A DNA stretch of 40,171 nt from a virus (IMGVR_UViG_3300021086_000107:1-40171), one strand, 5' to 3'. Shown: positions 9,101-17,335, counted from the first letter of the stretch. The notes: generated by a model from the letters alone, not told the origin. A program made the numbers and translations.

Positions 9101-11001
9101 CCTGGGCCGGCGCCGTCTTGGGTGCCTGGGTTTTCCGGGCCGCCAGGATTTCGTCCATCCGCGCCGACGCCGCCTGCTTGTCCGCCCGCAGCGAAGTTAT
9201 CTCGGACGGCGTCAGCCGCCTCGGGGTTTCGAAGATACCGTGCTTCGGAGTGGGTGAGCCCGTCATAACCAACGCCCTGCTGTTGCTGAAATGCCGGCTC
9301 CAGGTCCGGATGGTCCGATCGAAGGCCGGCAAGCGCTTCGGCTGACGGCGCCAATTTGGCGCTATAGGCCTTGCCCGTCAAGGTGGTGGCGCCGATCACA
9401 ATGCCGCCTTGGCTTTCGATATAGCCCTTGAGATCGGCCAGCGTGCCGCCCTGGGTGATGTGATCGTCCGCGATCAGGTAATCGGCGCCCGGCGTCACCT
9501 CGCCATCGAAGGCGCTGCGATTGGTCAGCCGATAGACACCATCCTGCCCGGTGCGCTGTGGGCTGTTCGCCTGAATGATGTCGTTATCGACCTGCAGGCC
9601 CAGCTGGTCGCCCAGGGTTTTGGCATAAGCCTGCGGCAGCTTGTTGCGCCCCGCCGCCTCATCCGCATGCACGGCGACGATGATCGGCTTGCGATCGCCG
9701 ATCAGGCCGCGCAGCGCGTCGACCTGCGCGGGATCGATCAGCTTGTCGACCACACGCGACGCCGCCTCGATATCGCCGGCCTTGGCTGCCGGGTAGTCTT
9801 CCGGATACAGCTTCGTGAGCGATTGCGGTCCGGGCTTCTGGATCACGACATCCGGAAAATCCGGTGCGAACGCCGTTCGCACCGGCGGCGGCGGCTGATC
9901 GGCTTCAGCCTGGGGCGCCGCCGGTGCGCCGGCGACCGGAGCATCCACCGCCGCGTCGCCGCCGGCCGCCGGCGCGGCCCCGCCGCCGACCATGCCCTTG
10001 ACCGCCGCATGGGCCGCCGCCGGCAGTGCCGTGCCGACCACGGCGCCGGGGATCGCGTCCACCACGCCTTCGCCGATCGGCCGGCCATCCTCGACGTTCT
10101 GCGTCGCCTTCTGCGCCATGGCGACGCCGGGCTGCACGCCGAAGGCCTGCAGCATCAGGTTTTGCACGGCACCCTTGAAGGGCGCGAAGCCGAAGGCCGC
10201 CCAGCCGGCGGCGGTGAATACGCCATCGGTGCCGGCCTGCTTCACCGCCCGGTCGAAGGCGGCTTGCGGATCGTCGGGGTTCGCCCGCAGCGCCGCCGCG
10301 TAATACGGCCCGATGCTTTGCGCCGCCGACATGGCGCCGGCACCGAGCGCCCCGCCGCCGAGCGCGCCCGCCGTGGTGCCGATCGCCGGCACGGCCGAGC
10401 CGACCGCCCCGCCGCCGATGCCGCCGACGATGCCGGCCGCCAGCACCGGCGCGCCATGGGCGAGCTGGTAGACCGATTTCGCGACCGCCGTCGCCGGGTC
10501 GCCGAGATCGCCCCAGCCGAGCGGCTGGGTATCCTTGCCGGCCCCGTCTTTTTCAGAGGGCGCCTGGTAGCTCGACGGACCGCCCGACACCGCGTCGCCG
10601 GCGGCGGCCAGATCCTTCAAGGATTGCGCGGCGCCGCCGGATGCCGCCTGCAGCAGGCGGGCGGCATAGCCATCCGGCGCGATCGTCGGCTGTGTCGCCC
10701 GCTGCGCGGCGCCCGCCATGAAATGGCTGATCGATCCGGGCGACCCCATCAACAGGCTTGGCGATACGACGGGCGCCGGCGCCGCTTCGGCATTCTGGTT
10801 CGCCGCCGGCGCGGCCTGCCCCGTCTGCCCCGCCGGCGGCGCGGCGGCGCCGGTGGCGACCAGATCGCGGATCCACTGGTCGTTCGGCCGGCCGGCGATC
10901 GCGCGGGCACCCAGGAAATCCGCCTTGACCTGATCGTCGCCCGATGCCGGTCCTGGGGCGGCCGCCGCCGCTTGATCGGGTATCGTCGCCGGATCCGTCA
11001 T
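6145..11001 (-). CDS. Large internal virion (DNA ejection) protein, 1618 aa, polyvalent, with inserted phosphoribosyltransferase-like domain
   Basis: Last and largest of three internal-protein genes before the fibres. C-terminal region has motifs typical of this class (ILPFVKIPAN, LTGRGP, YNQVDPLG, KTYMSGI). Internal YLIADDHITQGGTL is a type I PRTase PRPP-loop motif. Confidence 0.8.
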   Translation of the reverse strand: MTDPATIPDQAAAAAPGPASGDDQVKADFLGARAIAGRPNDQWIRDLVATGAAAPPAGQTGQAAPAANQNAEAAPAPVVSPSLLMGSPGSISHFMAGAAQRATQPTIAPDGYAARLLQAASGGAAQSLKDLAAAGDAVSGGPSSYQAPSEKDGAGKDTQPLGWGDLGDPATAVAKSVYQLAHGAPVLAAGIVGGIGGGAVGSAVPAIGTTAGALGGGALGAGAMSAAQSIGPYYAAALRANPDDPQAAFDRAVKQAGTDGVFTAAGWAAFGFAPFKGAVQNLMLQAFGVQPGVAMAQKATQNVEDGRPIGEGVVDAIPGAVVGTALPAAAHAAVKGMVGGGAAPAAGGDAAVDAPVAGAPAAPQAEADQPPPPVRTAFAPDFPDVVIQKPGPQSLTKLYPEDYPAAKAGDIEAASRVVDKLIDPAQVDALRGLIGDRKPIIVAVHADEAAGRNKLPQAYAKTLGDQLGLQVDNDIIQANSPQRTGQDGVYRLTNRSAFDGEVTPGADYLIADDHITQGGTLADLKGYIESQGGIVIGATTLTGKAYSAKLAPSAEALAGLRSDHPDLEPAFQQQQGVGYDGLTHSEARYLRNPEAADAVRDNFAAGGQAGGVGADGRNPGGPENPGTQDGAGPGAAGEGGAGPGQVSGGGAKPPLDTPFQRLLNDPNASFHDVFAALDDRAGTPVRDILQLGDPKADPVTISPDIEKNAADYLAGKGGENPVKVNLAHIGSGEDIARTLEQVSTMLPKQAAQSNDSTALLAASLNMKPADLLAGYKGQQLDAAQTTAMRFMLDSSAGQLIEYARAASDPATATPEAKALFLRAFATHQGLQQYFENARAEAGRTLQSWQIATRQRADMTKAIGDLISQGGGEDAISQMAGRIADLGDPEKASQFVAASRQMSGRDLFLYGFYNVILSNVPHVLAKKALSDATMGVWNLATRYAAETLGSRGGGGGVAQGETAALVYGYASSMMDGIRLAGRGILTGERQFDGGQSMDALGAGQVRTMAAGAPDGATPAATYSPADYLGEAPTAPPPDQPPAPPPADRLATAAEGAPPALAPDQPTRGALEYLKMALPTRWLGAADDFAKYVNYRAELRALAYREGAGLGKTADDLDAHIDAAMNAPSRAMHEQAVTAALRTTFQEPLQGVSQKVADLADSINIPLPGTDFKLPFGRMILPFVKIPANMAGWVYRNSPLAAAFPSDQIKAELAAGGATRDLAVARMGLGGAVALAAAGLAAGGVLTGRGPSDPSLNRAWRAAGNTPYAITIDGTPYVYNQVDPLGMTLGAIGDSFDTLKYAHDQARGDIASSLMFGLGNAMLSKTYMSGIASFFDALQQPEREGSNYVDRFVASLGVPGAVAAVDRATDPWLRAHYDLLSSIEARTPFASQGLPPQRSLWGDAIPAKDGYMPLLTGTGLARAVSPIAVGQPAANAEPIDQWIWANRAAFPHADAGRMDLYKPGQVQTYDAPGQRGVSAQVQLTPQEHDRLQVLAGNETVDPGTGLGAKDMLNALVTGDKPDGLTGGQAARLGVMQAQWDKASPSAQAQIVLSAVTKFRTAAKQQLVQESPRIGDVLQSQWDARRQQLSAQPGGQQPGSQPGGAVLNPGSARMPQIGGSP
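9063..9266 (-). CDS. Nested out-of-frame 67-aa ORF inside the ejection-protein gene (candidate partner/immunity protein of the PRTase domain)
   Basis: ATG 9266 to TAA 9063; MTGSPTPKHGIFETPRRLTPSEITSLRADKQAASARMDEILAARK... By hand count ~58/67 codons end in G/C in this frame versus ~39/67 in the host frame over the same interval. The RBS is weak (AGGG). Confidence 0.6.
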   Translation of the reverse strand: MTGSPTPKHGIFETPRRLTPSEITSLRADKQAASARMDEILAARKTQAPKTAPAQVPPAKAELAQAK

Positions 11002-12575
11002 TGCCCGCCCTCCGCCGGTTTCTTCGGTTTCGCGGCGCCGGGCGCCCGAACCGTCGCGGCGGCCGCCTGCTGGTCGTAAAAGGTCTTGTACCGGGTCAGC
11101 AGATCGACCTGCGCGTCATAGGTCGGCTGATCGATCTGGCCGGCGTCGCGCGCTTGATTGGTCTTGACGGCGATCGTCGCGAGATCCGTCGGATTGGCGA
11201 TGGCGCCGAACCGGGGCGCCGGCAGCCAGGTCGGCGCCGAGGTCGAGGCCGCCTGATAGCGCGGCAGCATGTCCCCCAGCACCGCTTGTGGATCCTCGCC
11301 ATTGACGGTGACGCGATTGGTCCATTCGCCCTGGGCCTGCGCCCATTTGACGACCTGCGGCTCATTATCCTTGAACAGGCCCTGCTCCACCGCCTGGCCG
11401 CTCAGCGCGGTTTTCAGCTGGCCATAGGTGCCGCGTTCGATGGCCGATTGGCTTTGCTTGTCCTGCGCGTTCAAGGCCCGCATCAGCTCGGCACCGGTGG
11501 TGCCCTTGACCGCGCCGTTGATGATCAGCCCGTGCACGTCCCCGGCGGTCAGGCTGCCATCGCCCAGCCGCTTATAGGCATCGATCACGGCGAGCGGGCT
11601 GTCGGTGCCGGCCTGCTGCCGCGCCATCGCCGAATGCACCGCTTCGAGGCCGCCGGGCGAGATCTGCTGCGACGTGGCGAGATCGGCCAATTGCTTGGGG
11701 TCGACCTGGCCGCCGCCATAGACCTGGCTCAGCAGCGTCACCTCGTTGGCGCTTTGCGCGCGGCGCAGGTCGCGCTCCGCCATGGCGTCGGCATGCGCCT
11801 GCGCCGCGACGGTGGCGCGGTCGATGCGATCCGCGCGCATCTCGGCCCGGTACTGCAGCACTTCGCGGCGCTCCGGCATCAACCCCGGATAGGCGGTTGG
11901 GTCGGACAGCTTCGCCGCCGCCATTGCCGGGTCACCGTTCATATCCTGCCGCGCGTTCACTTCCGCGGCCTGGCTTTTGAAGCTCAGCACCCGGTCGGCG
12001 CCGTCCTGCGGGTTCAGCCAGCCAGCCGCGACCGAGTCATGGATGGTCTGCATGGCGGTGTCGGTGATATGGGCGCGCAGGGGATCGTTCGTCGCGGTCG
12101 CCGCCGATTGCGCCAGGTTGTTCAGATTGGTGTCCAGATTGCCGCGTCGCGTCGATGCCTCAAGACCGAACGCCGCGTTGCCCGTATCGATGCCGCGCAG
12201 GGCGACCTCATGGTCGATCCCCTGCGTGACCATGCTCAAGGTCAGCGGATCATTAACCCGCGCCAGGGTGGTCGCCTTGATCTGCGCCGCCTCGCTCTGG
12301 AAACCCGCCGCCGCGGCGTCGCGATCCGGCACCTTCGACCAGCGGAATTGCGCGTCGCCCAGCTGCTGCGTCGCCTGCGCCGAGACATCGGAGGCATCCG
12401 CCTGGCGTTTGGCGTTCTGGTACTTTTCGTTGAATTGCTCCGCGACATCCGAGATCTGCCCGGCGCCGCGCGCCAGCGCGGTGCTTGCCTGGGAAAACAC
12501 CGCCGGGTCGGCGCGCGGCGCGCCCGGATTGGTCGGTACCGCCAGTTGGTTTTCAAAGGTGGGGATGGCGGGCAT
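10998..12575 (-). CDS. Internal virion (ejection) protein, T7 gp15-position
   Basis: 525 aa, helical and Ala/Gln-rich, MPAIPTF N-terminus; syntenic between the small and large internal proteins. Confidence 0.65.
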   Translation of the reverse strand: MPAIPTFENQLAVPTNPGAPRADPAVFSQASTALARGAGQISDVAEQFNEKYQNAKRQADASDVSAQATQQLGDAQFRWSKVPDRDAAAAGFQSEAAQIKATTLARVNDPLTLSMVTQGIDHEVALRGIDTGNAAFGLEASTRRGNLDTNLNNLAQSAATATNDPLRAHITDTAMQTIHDSVAAGWLNPQDGADRVLSFKSQAAEVNARQDMNGDPAMAAAKLSDPTAYPGLMPERREVLQYRAEMRADRIDRATVAAQAHADAMAERDLRRAQSANEVTLLSQVYGGGQVDPKQLADLATSQQISPGGLEAVHSAMARQQAGTDSPLAVIDAYKRLGDGSLTAGDVHGLIINGAVKGTTGAELMRALNAQDKQSQSAIERGTYGQLKTALSGQAVEQGLFKDNEPQVVKWAQAQGEWTNRVTVNGEDPQAVLGDMLPRYQAASTSAPTWLPAPRFGAIANPTDLATIAVKTNQARDAGQIDQPTYDAQVDLLTRYKTFYDQQAAAATVRAPGAAKPKKPAEGGQ

Positions 12576-12578
12576 GGC

Positions 12579-13124
12579 TCAGTAGCTCGCCACGCCGGCG
12601 CTGTTGCTCGAACTGCTCTGGGTTGTCGGCTGAGTGACGGGCGAGCTCGACGCCGCGTAGGACCCGGCCAGCCTGCCGGCGCCGGTCAGCAGGGTGGTTC
12701 CCGCCGCTGTCGAGCCGGCTGCGGCGGCGTTCTGGCCGGCCAGCGTGTCGAGCGTCCCCTGCTGGGTGGCGTTCGTGGCGCTGATCTGGCCGCGATAGAG
12801 ATCGAGTTGCCGGGTCAGCTCGCCTTGCGTCGCCAGATCGGACATCTCCGACAGCGGCGTGCCGGAATTGGGATCGACGCCCGAGGCCGCATAAGCCGCC
12901 GACGCATCGCCCAGCTTGCGCTCCGTCGCCTGCTGATCGGCCTGCGCCTGCGCCGCCGCCTGATTGGTGGCCTCCTGCGCCTTCTGTGCCTCGACCTGGG
13001 CGTTGTAGTCGTTGGTCTGCTGCTGCGCCTTGGCCGCATCCGACTGTGCCGAGGCGGAAACGGCCGTGGTTGCCACCGTGGCCACGGCCGCGACCACGGC
13101 CGCGATGGCTGTCGCGTAAGCCAT
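12579..13124 (-). CDS. Internal virion protein, T7 gp14-position
   Basis: Hydrophobic Ala-rich N-terminus, coiled coil and AAYAASGVDPNSGTP motif; start coupled (TGATG) to the upstream stop. Confidence 0.7.
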   Translation of the reverse strand: MAYATAIAAVVAAVATVATTAVSASAQSDAAKAQQQTNDYNAQVEAQKAQEATNQAAAQAQADQQATERKLGDASAAYAASGVDPNSGTPLSEMSDLATQGELTRQLDLYRGQISATNATQQGTLDTLAGQNAAAAGSTAAGTTLLTGAGRLAGSYAASSSPVTQPTTQSSSSNSAGVASY

Positions 13125-13705
13125 CAGACATACCTCGCATAAAGCTCGTGATCCTCGCCGTGCAGGCCATAGCCGCGCATGACGCCTTCGGGCACGAAGC
13201 CGAGCCGGCACGCCCAGAGCGCCCCACCCGCGAAGCCGGTCGGCACGGTGCATTCGATCCGGCGATAGGCGGGATCGACCTGCAGGCGGGCCAGCAGGTC
13301 GCGCACGAACGGAAAAGCCGCCGCCAAATGACGGGGCCGTGCCCAACCGCCGACCAGCATCCAGGCGACCGCCCTGCCCGGCCAGATCGGCCCCACGCCG
13401 CCGGCGCCGACGACGTAACCGCCATCGAGCATGACGAAGCCCTGGCTACCCTCCACCGCGTCACGCACGAAGCTCGATTGACTGACAAAGCCCGACAGCG
13501 CCGCGTCGGGCAGCGGCAACAGCGCCAGCAGCTCCGCCGTCAGCGGAACCATGCGAACGGTGTTCGGGCGAACGCTGTTCGCGATGCTCACGGGGCGAAC
13601 GGTGTTTGGGCGAACGGCGTTCGCTGGGGCGGGGATGGCTGCCGGCTCTCGCGGTTCCGGGGGAACCGCTGTCGCCACGGCGCCATGATGAATGAAATTC
13701 ATCAT
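13124..13705 (-). CDS. GNAT-fold protein (T7 gp13-position) with repeat-derived N-terminal extension
   Basis: VGAGGV..IWPGRAVAW, RRIECTV and RLGFVPEGVMRGYG motifs; ATG 13705 overlaps the tail tube B stop. Confidence 0.75.
   Translation of the reverse strand: MMNFIHHGAVATAVPPEPREPAAIPAPANAVRPNTVRPVSIANSVRPNTVRMVPLTAELLALLPLPDAALSGFVSQSSFVRDAVEGSQGFVMLDGGYVVGAGGVGPIWPGRAVAWMLVGGWARPRHLAAAFPFVRDLLARLQVDPAYRRIECTVPTGFAGGALWACRLGFVPEGVMRGYGLHGEDHELYARYV
13553..13624. repeat. Cluster of four 15-bp palindromes (GCGAACG-N-CGTTCGC family) as two tandem pairs
   Basis: GCGAACGGTGTTCGG 13553, GCGAACGCTGTTCGC 13568, GCGAACGGTGTTTGG 13595, GCGAACGGCGTTCGC 13610. Confidence 0.9.
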
Positions 13706-16245
13706 GGTTGGGGCATTTCCCCGACATCCGCCTTGGCGGTGATCGCCAAAACGGTGATCGGATAGGGGCCGGATCCCGTCACCAGGATCTGGCATTCCTG
13801 ATCGTAGCCGCCCGGCAGCTTCAGCCGCTGCAGCCCGCTATAGAGCGGCGGCGCCTGGCCCATCGGGTCGGCGGCCGAGCGGGTTTCCAGCGGCTCGGTG
13901 ACATCGGTTATCGATCCCGTCAGCGGATCGGTAACCTGCCGGCCAAAATTGCAGCCCAGGCTTTCGAACAGCCGCAGATACAGCGTGTCGAGCCGCTTCG
14001 CCTTACCCTGGCTCGATGCCGCCGCCGCGCGCTGCGGCTCGAACGGCATGGTCAGCAGCCGATAGGTGTAGGGCAGCCCGATGGTCGCGAAGGTCGCCGA
14101 ATAACCGGCGGGCAAGACCACCGCGCCGTTGGTCGAAACCTGCGTGCCGAAATCGGCGCCGTCGCCCATGATCTGCAGCGGTTCGCCGTTGAGATAGCTG
14201 ACGCCGGAAAAACTGCTATGCGGGGTCGTGCAGCTCCACGCGCCGGGTGCGCCGATCGGGTTGGTCGCGGCGGGCACGTACCAGTCGCAAGTCACGTTCA
14301 GCGCGTTGACATAGGCGCGCACGATGGCGATGCCGCCATTGATGCGGATCAGGGCGTTGACCTGGCCGCTGGTGAATACCGGGGCGGCGGCCAGAAAGTT
14401 CACGCCGGTGCCCGATGAGGCGGCGGGTTGCATGAAGGCGTTGGGATAGGTCAGCGCCGAGGAGACCGCCGCGTCGACCATCACCGCCTGTTCGATGGAC
14501 GTGGTGGCCCCATCGAAAAACGCACTCATCACCTCGATCGATCGGCTCGCTATGCCATTGATCTCGCGGACCACCTGCAGCCATAGCTCGTCATATGAGC
14601 CGTCCTGGCTGGGGATGACGTCGATGCTTTCGACGCGCGGTGGCCCGCCGAAATACTGGCCGCCCAGCCGGTGCCGGTGCCAGGCCTGGATTTTCTGGTC
14701 GCTGAGATAGGTGAAGCCGATCAGCGTGCCGTCGTTCAGGATCGCCCAGATGATCGAATAGGGCGATTGCTGATAGACCATCTGGGCGATGCCCGACTTC
14801 GTGATGTGTTCGCTGTCGACGGTGACGTCCGGTCCCAGATAGCCGTTGACGGTCCATTGAAAGGTCCATTCATGGACCTTGCGGCCGGGCCGATTGGCGA
14901 ATAGCAGCGCCTTGCCGATGCGCAGCGGATCGACATTCGCGGCGGAGCCCAGCGCCGTTTCGCGATAGACCTGGACGCTAGTCGGCGTCAGCTCCGCCGA
15001 CGTCGAGGCCGCCTGCATGATGTCCTCGCCGCCGCTGGTGCCGATGCCCAACTGCGCCGCCTGCGCGCTGCCGGCGGCGCTGATCCAATGGATGGCATTG
15101 ACCTGATCGTCGCTGATCAGCCAGTCGAGCGCATTGGTCGCGACCTCCGTGCCATCGGCCATGGTCGGCGCGAAATTCGTGAAATCGCCCGAAACCGAGC
15201 CGTCGAGGGCGTTCGGCTGGTTGGTCGACGCCGCCAGCATCAACCGCTGCTGCCAGAAGGTCGGCACCGAGGGCCAGCCGGTCGTATTGCTCCATTTGCC
15301 CAGCGACCAGGTCGTCGTGTTGAACAACGGCGCCGCGACGTTTTTCCAGGTCACCGTGTTGTCCGCGATGGCGGTACCGGTTCCGCTGGGGGGCGCCGCC
15401 GCGCTCGAGATGCCGCCGACGATCGCCTGGTAGTAGTTGACGCCATCGGGGGTAACGATCGTTCCCGTGACATAGACCGTATTGCCCTGCCACGCGGCAC
15501 CGTCCAGCGCGCCGGCGGCGCCGCTATTCACCGCACCCTGCACCGTGGCGATGACCTGGGTCGGCGAATTATAGCCGGTGATGATCAGCCAGCCCCACAG
15601 GCTCGACAGCTTGATGCGGATATGCCGGCCGATATCGGTCGGCAAAAAACCCACGCCGGCCGAGCTGGGCGAGCTATTTAGGCCGACCACGCTGTTGGCC
15701 GTCACCACCACATTGCCGGTCGCCACCCGTCCCGTGGTCAAGGTGGTGGTGGTCGTATTGACGTTCAGATAGGGCCCGTCGCGGGTCACCAGGGGCGACA
15801 GCGTCCAGACGTAATGGCTGGATCGGGTCAGCGTCATGGTGGGGTAGCGCGGATGGCAGATGTACAGCGTATCGGCGCTTTGCGTGAACTTCAGCGCGGC
15901 GAGGTCGGTCGGCTGATACGGCGTGTTGACGACGACTTGCGACCCGTCGGCGTTGATGATCATCGCGTCATTCATCAGCACGCGGATGGTATAGGCGCCG
16001 AATTCCAGCATATAGGCCTGGACCGTCGAGAAGATGAACCGACGCAGGCGCGATGCCGAACTCTGCAGAATGGCCTGCGTCACATAGACCGTGCCCGGCC
16101 GCCGCTGCGCGCCGCCCTGCGGCAGGGTCACCATGTTCAGCATGGTGTCGAGGCCGTTATAATATTTCACGACATCGGTGCGGCCCTTGAGGCGTGGGCT
16201 CAGCTCGCCGGCCGTGAAGTTGGTGAGATCGATATCGACGCGCAT
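13702..16245 (-). CDS. Tail tubular protein B (nozzle)
   Basis: TNFTAGELSPRL.GR.D N-terminus, PQGGAQRRPGT, FWQQRLMLA and QAWHRH motifs; 847 aa. Confidence 0.9.
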   Translation of the reverse strand: MRVDIDLTNFTAGELSPRLKGRTDVVKYYNGLDTMLNMVTLPQGGAQRRPGTVYVTQAILQSSASRLRRFIFSTVQAYMLEFGAYTIRVLMNDAMIINADGSQVVVNTPYQPTDLAALKFTQSADTLYICHPRYPTMTLTRSSHYVWTLSPLVTRDGPYLNVNTTTTTLTTGRVATGNVVVTANSVVGLNSSPSSAGVGFLPTDIGRHIRIKLSSLWGWLIITGYNSPTQVIATVQGAVNSGAAGALDGAAWQGNTVYVTGTIVTPDGVNYYQAIVGGISSAAAPPSGTGTAIADNTVTWKNVAAPLFNTTTWSLGKWSNTTGWPSVPTFWQQRLMLAASTNQPNALDGSVSGDFTNFAPTMADGTEVATNALDWLISDDQVNAIHWISAAGSAQAAQLGIGTSGGEDIMQAASTSAELTPTSVQVYRETALGSAANVDPLRIGKALLFANRPGRKVHEWTFQWTVNGYLGPDVTVDSEHITKSGIAQMVYQQSPYSIIWAILNDGTLIGFTYLSDQKIQAWHRHRLGGQYFGGPPRVESIDVIPSQDGSYDELWLQVVREINGIASRSIEVMSAFFDGATTSIEQAVMVDAAVSSALTYPNAFMQPAASSGTGVNFLAAAPVFTSGQVNALIRINGGIAIVRAYVNALNVTCDWYVPAATNPIGAPGAWSCTTPHSSFSGVSYLNGEPLQIMGDGADFGTQVSTNGAVVLPAGYSATFATIGLPYTYRLLTMPFEPQRAAAASSQGKAKRLDTLYLRLFESLGCNFGRQVTDPLTGSITDVTEPLETRSAADPMGQAPPLYSGLQRLKLPGGYDQECQILVTGSGPYPITVLAITAKADVGEMPQP

Positions 16246-16817
16246 CAGCGACGCGACCTCAGCCAGATGTCTTCATCCCATTCGACCGGGCTGTTCTGCT
16301 GGCTATCGGCGAGCCGCGCCGCGTCGAGCTTGCCTTTCAGCACAGTCAGCATGCCTTGCTGCTTCGCCTGGCTTTGGGTCAGTGGCTGGGCCAGCTCCGC
16401 GGCGAGCTGATCCCCGATGCACTCGACCAGCAGCGGGTCCATGACCGTGGGGTCGGTCAGGTCCTGGATGTACACGACGTCAAGCGGGGCGCCCTCATCG
16501 GTCAGCAGCTGCCGGCCGATGATCTCCCATTGCGCCTTATCGCTCTCCGGCAGGTCGTACATGCGCAGGAAATCGGGCGGCAGCGGATAGGCGTTGGCAT
16601 AGGTGAACAGCGGCGGTGTCGCGGCGGCCGCGAGCTGCGCCTGCTTCTTCGCGCAGTTCCAGGGATAGGCGCGCAACACCGCGCGCCGCACCGGGTCGAA
16701 CCGAGCCTTGCACAGGATCGCGCGCTTGGTGGGGTCGCCGAGCGAGGAAATCGGATCCTCGCCCAGCGCGAACAGCGCTGTGTTGCAGATCGAGATGATG
16801 CTGTCGCCCAGGGACAT
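16245..16817 (-). CDS. Tail tubular protein A (adaptor/gatekeeper)
   Basis: ICNTAL..LGE..I.SL, YPWNCAKK and AYPLPPDFLR motifs. Confidence 0.9.
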   Translation of the reverse strand: MSLGDSIISICNTALFALGEDPISSLGDPTKRAILCKARFDPVRRAVLRAYPWNCAKKQAQLAAAATPPLFTYANAYPLPPDFLRMYDLPESDKAQWEIIGRQLLTDEGAPLDVVYIQDLTDPTVMDPLLVECIGDQLAAELAQPLTQSQAKQQGMLTVLKGKLDAARLADSQQNSPVEWDEDIWLRSRR

Positions 16818-16823
16818 GATCAG

Positions 16824-16852
16824 CGGGGGGAGAGCCTCACGGCCCTCCCCCC
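16824..16852 (-). other. GC-rich intergenic hairpin (possible attenuator or processing site; no U-tract)
   Basis: GGGGGAGAGCC-TCAC-GGCCCTCCCCC, between the capsid-associated gene and tail tube A. Confidence 0.45.
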
Positions 16853-16858
16853 TTCTTC

Positions 16859-17335
16859 CTAGTCGATCACGTATTCGAAGATGATCGCGAGGTTGCCGGA
16901 GGCCGGCAGCGCCGCGACGGCGGTCGTCAGGATGATGTCCTCGTAGCTCTTGCTGACGAGGCCGCTGACGCAGTCATAGCCAGTGGCGATCGGCGCGCCA
17001 TGGGTCGAGGCCAGGCCGACGCGGGTCGGCGTGTTGGTGGCGGTCAGCACCGAGGCCGCCATGTAGATCGCCGAGGAGTTGGCATCGCCCAGCGCGATCG
17101 TCGCCGAACCGAGCGAGGTATCGGTGATCAGGGTGATACCGGTGATGACGCCCAGCAGCCCAATGCGCGCGACGCCGAACACGGTGCCGATCGCCTGAGT
17201 GGCGAGGGCGATATTGGCGATGAAGCAGCGTTCGCGCCCGGCGACGACATTGGAATTGGGCAGCTGCTGGATGGCCCCGCCGGCATTGCCGGTCAGCTGG
17301 GTCATCTGGGTGGAAAAAGCGGTGGCCACGGTCAT
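16859..17335 (-). CDS. Capsid-associated (cement/decoration, Bbp16-position) protein
   Basis: 158-aa beta-rich protein directly after the major capsid gene; GAGGA RBS. Confidence 0.6.
   Translation of the reverse strand: MTVATAFSTQMTQLTGNAGGAIQQLPNSNVVAGRERCFIANIALATQAIGTVFGVARIGLLGVITGITLITDTSLGSATIALGDANSSAIYMAASVLTATNTPTRVGLASTHGAPIATGYDCVSGLVSKSYEDIILTTAVAALPASGNLAIIFEYVID

Noticed and set aside
10944-13142. Long plus-strand ORFs opposite the structural genes (also 3720..5186, 9409..11079, 20304..21668, 23951..25189)
   Set aside because: Arg/Gly-rich antisense shadows typical of high-GC coding DNA, with no domain motifs.
13553-13624. Mini CRISPR array
   Set aside because: Units are 15 bp, abut directly or are 12 bp apart, have no spacer-sized unique sequences, and no cas genes are present.
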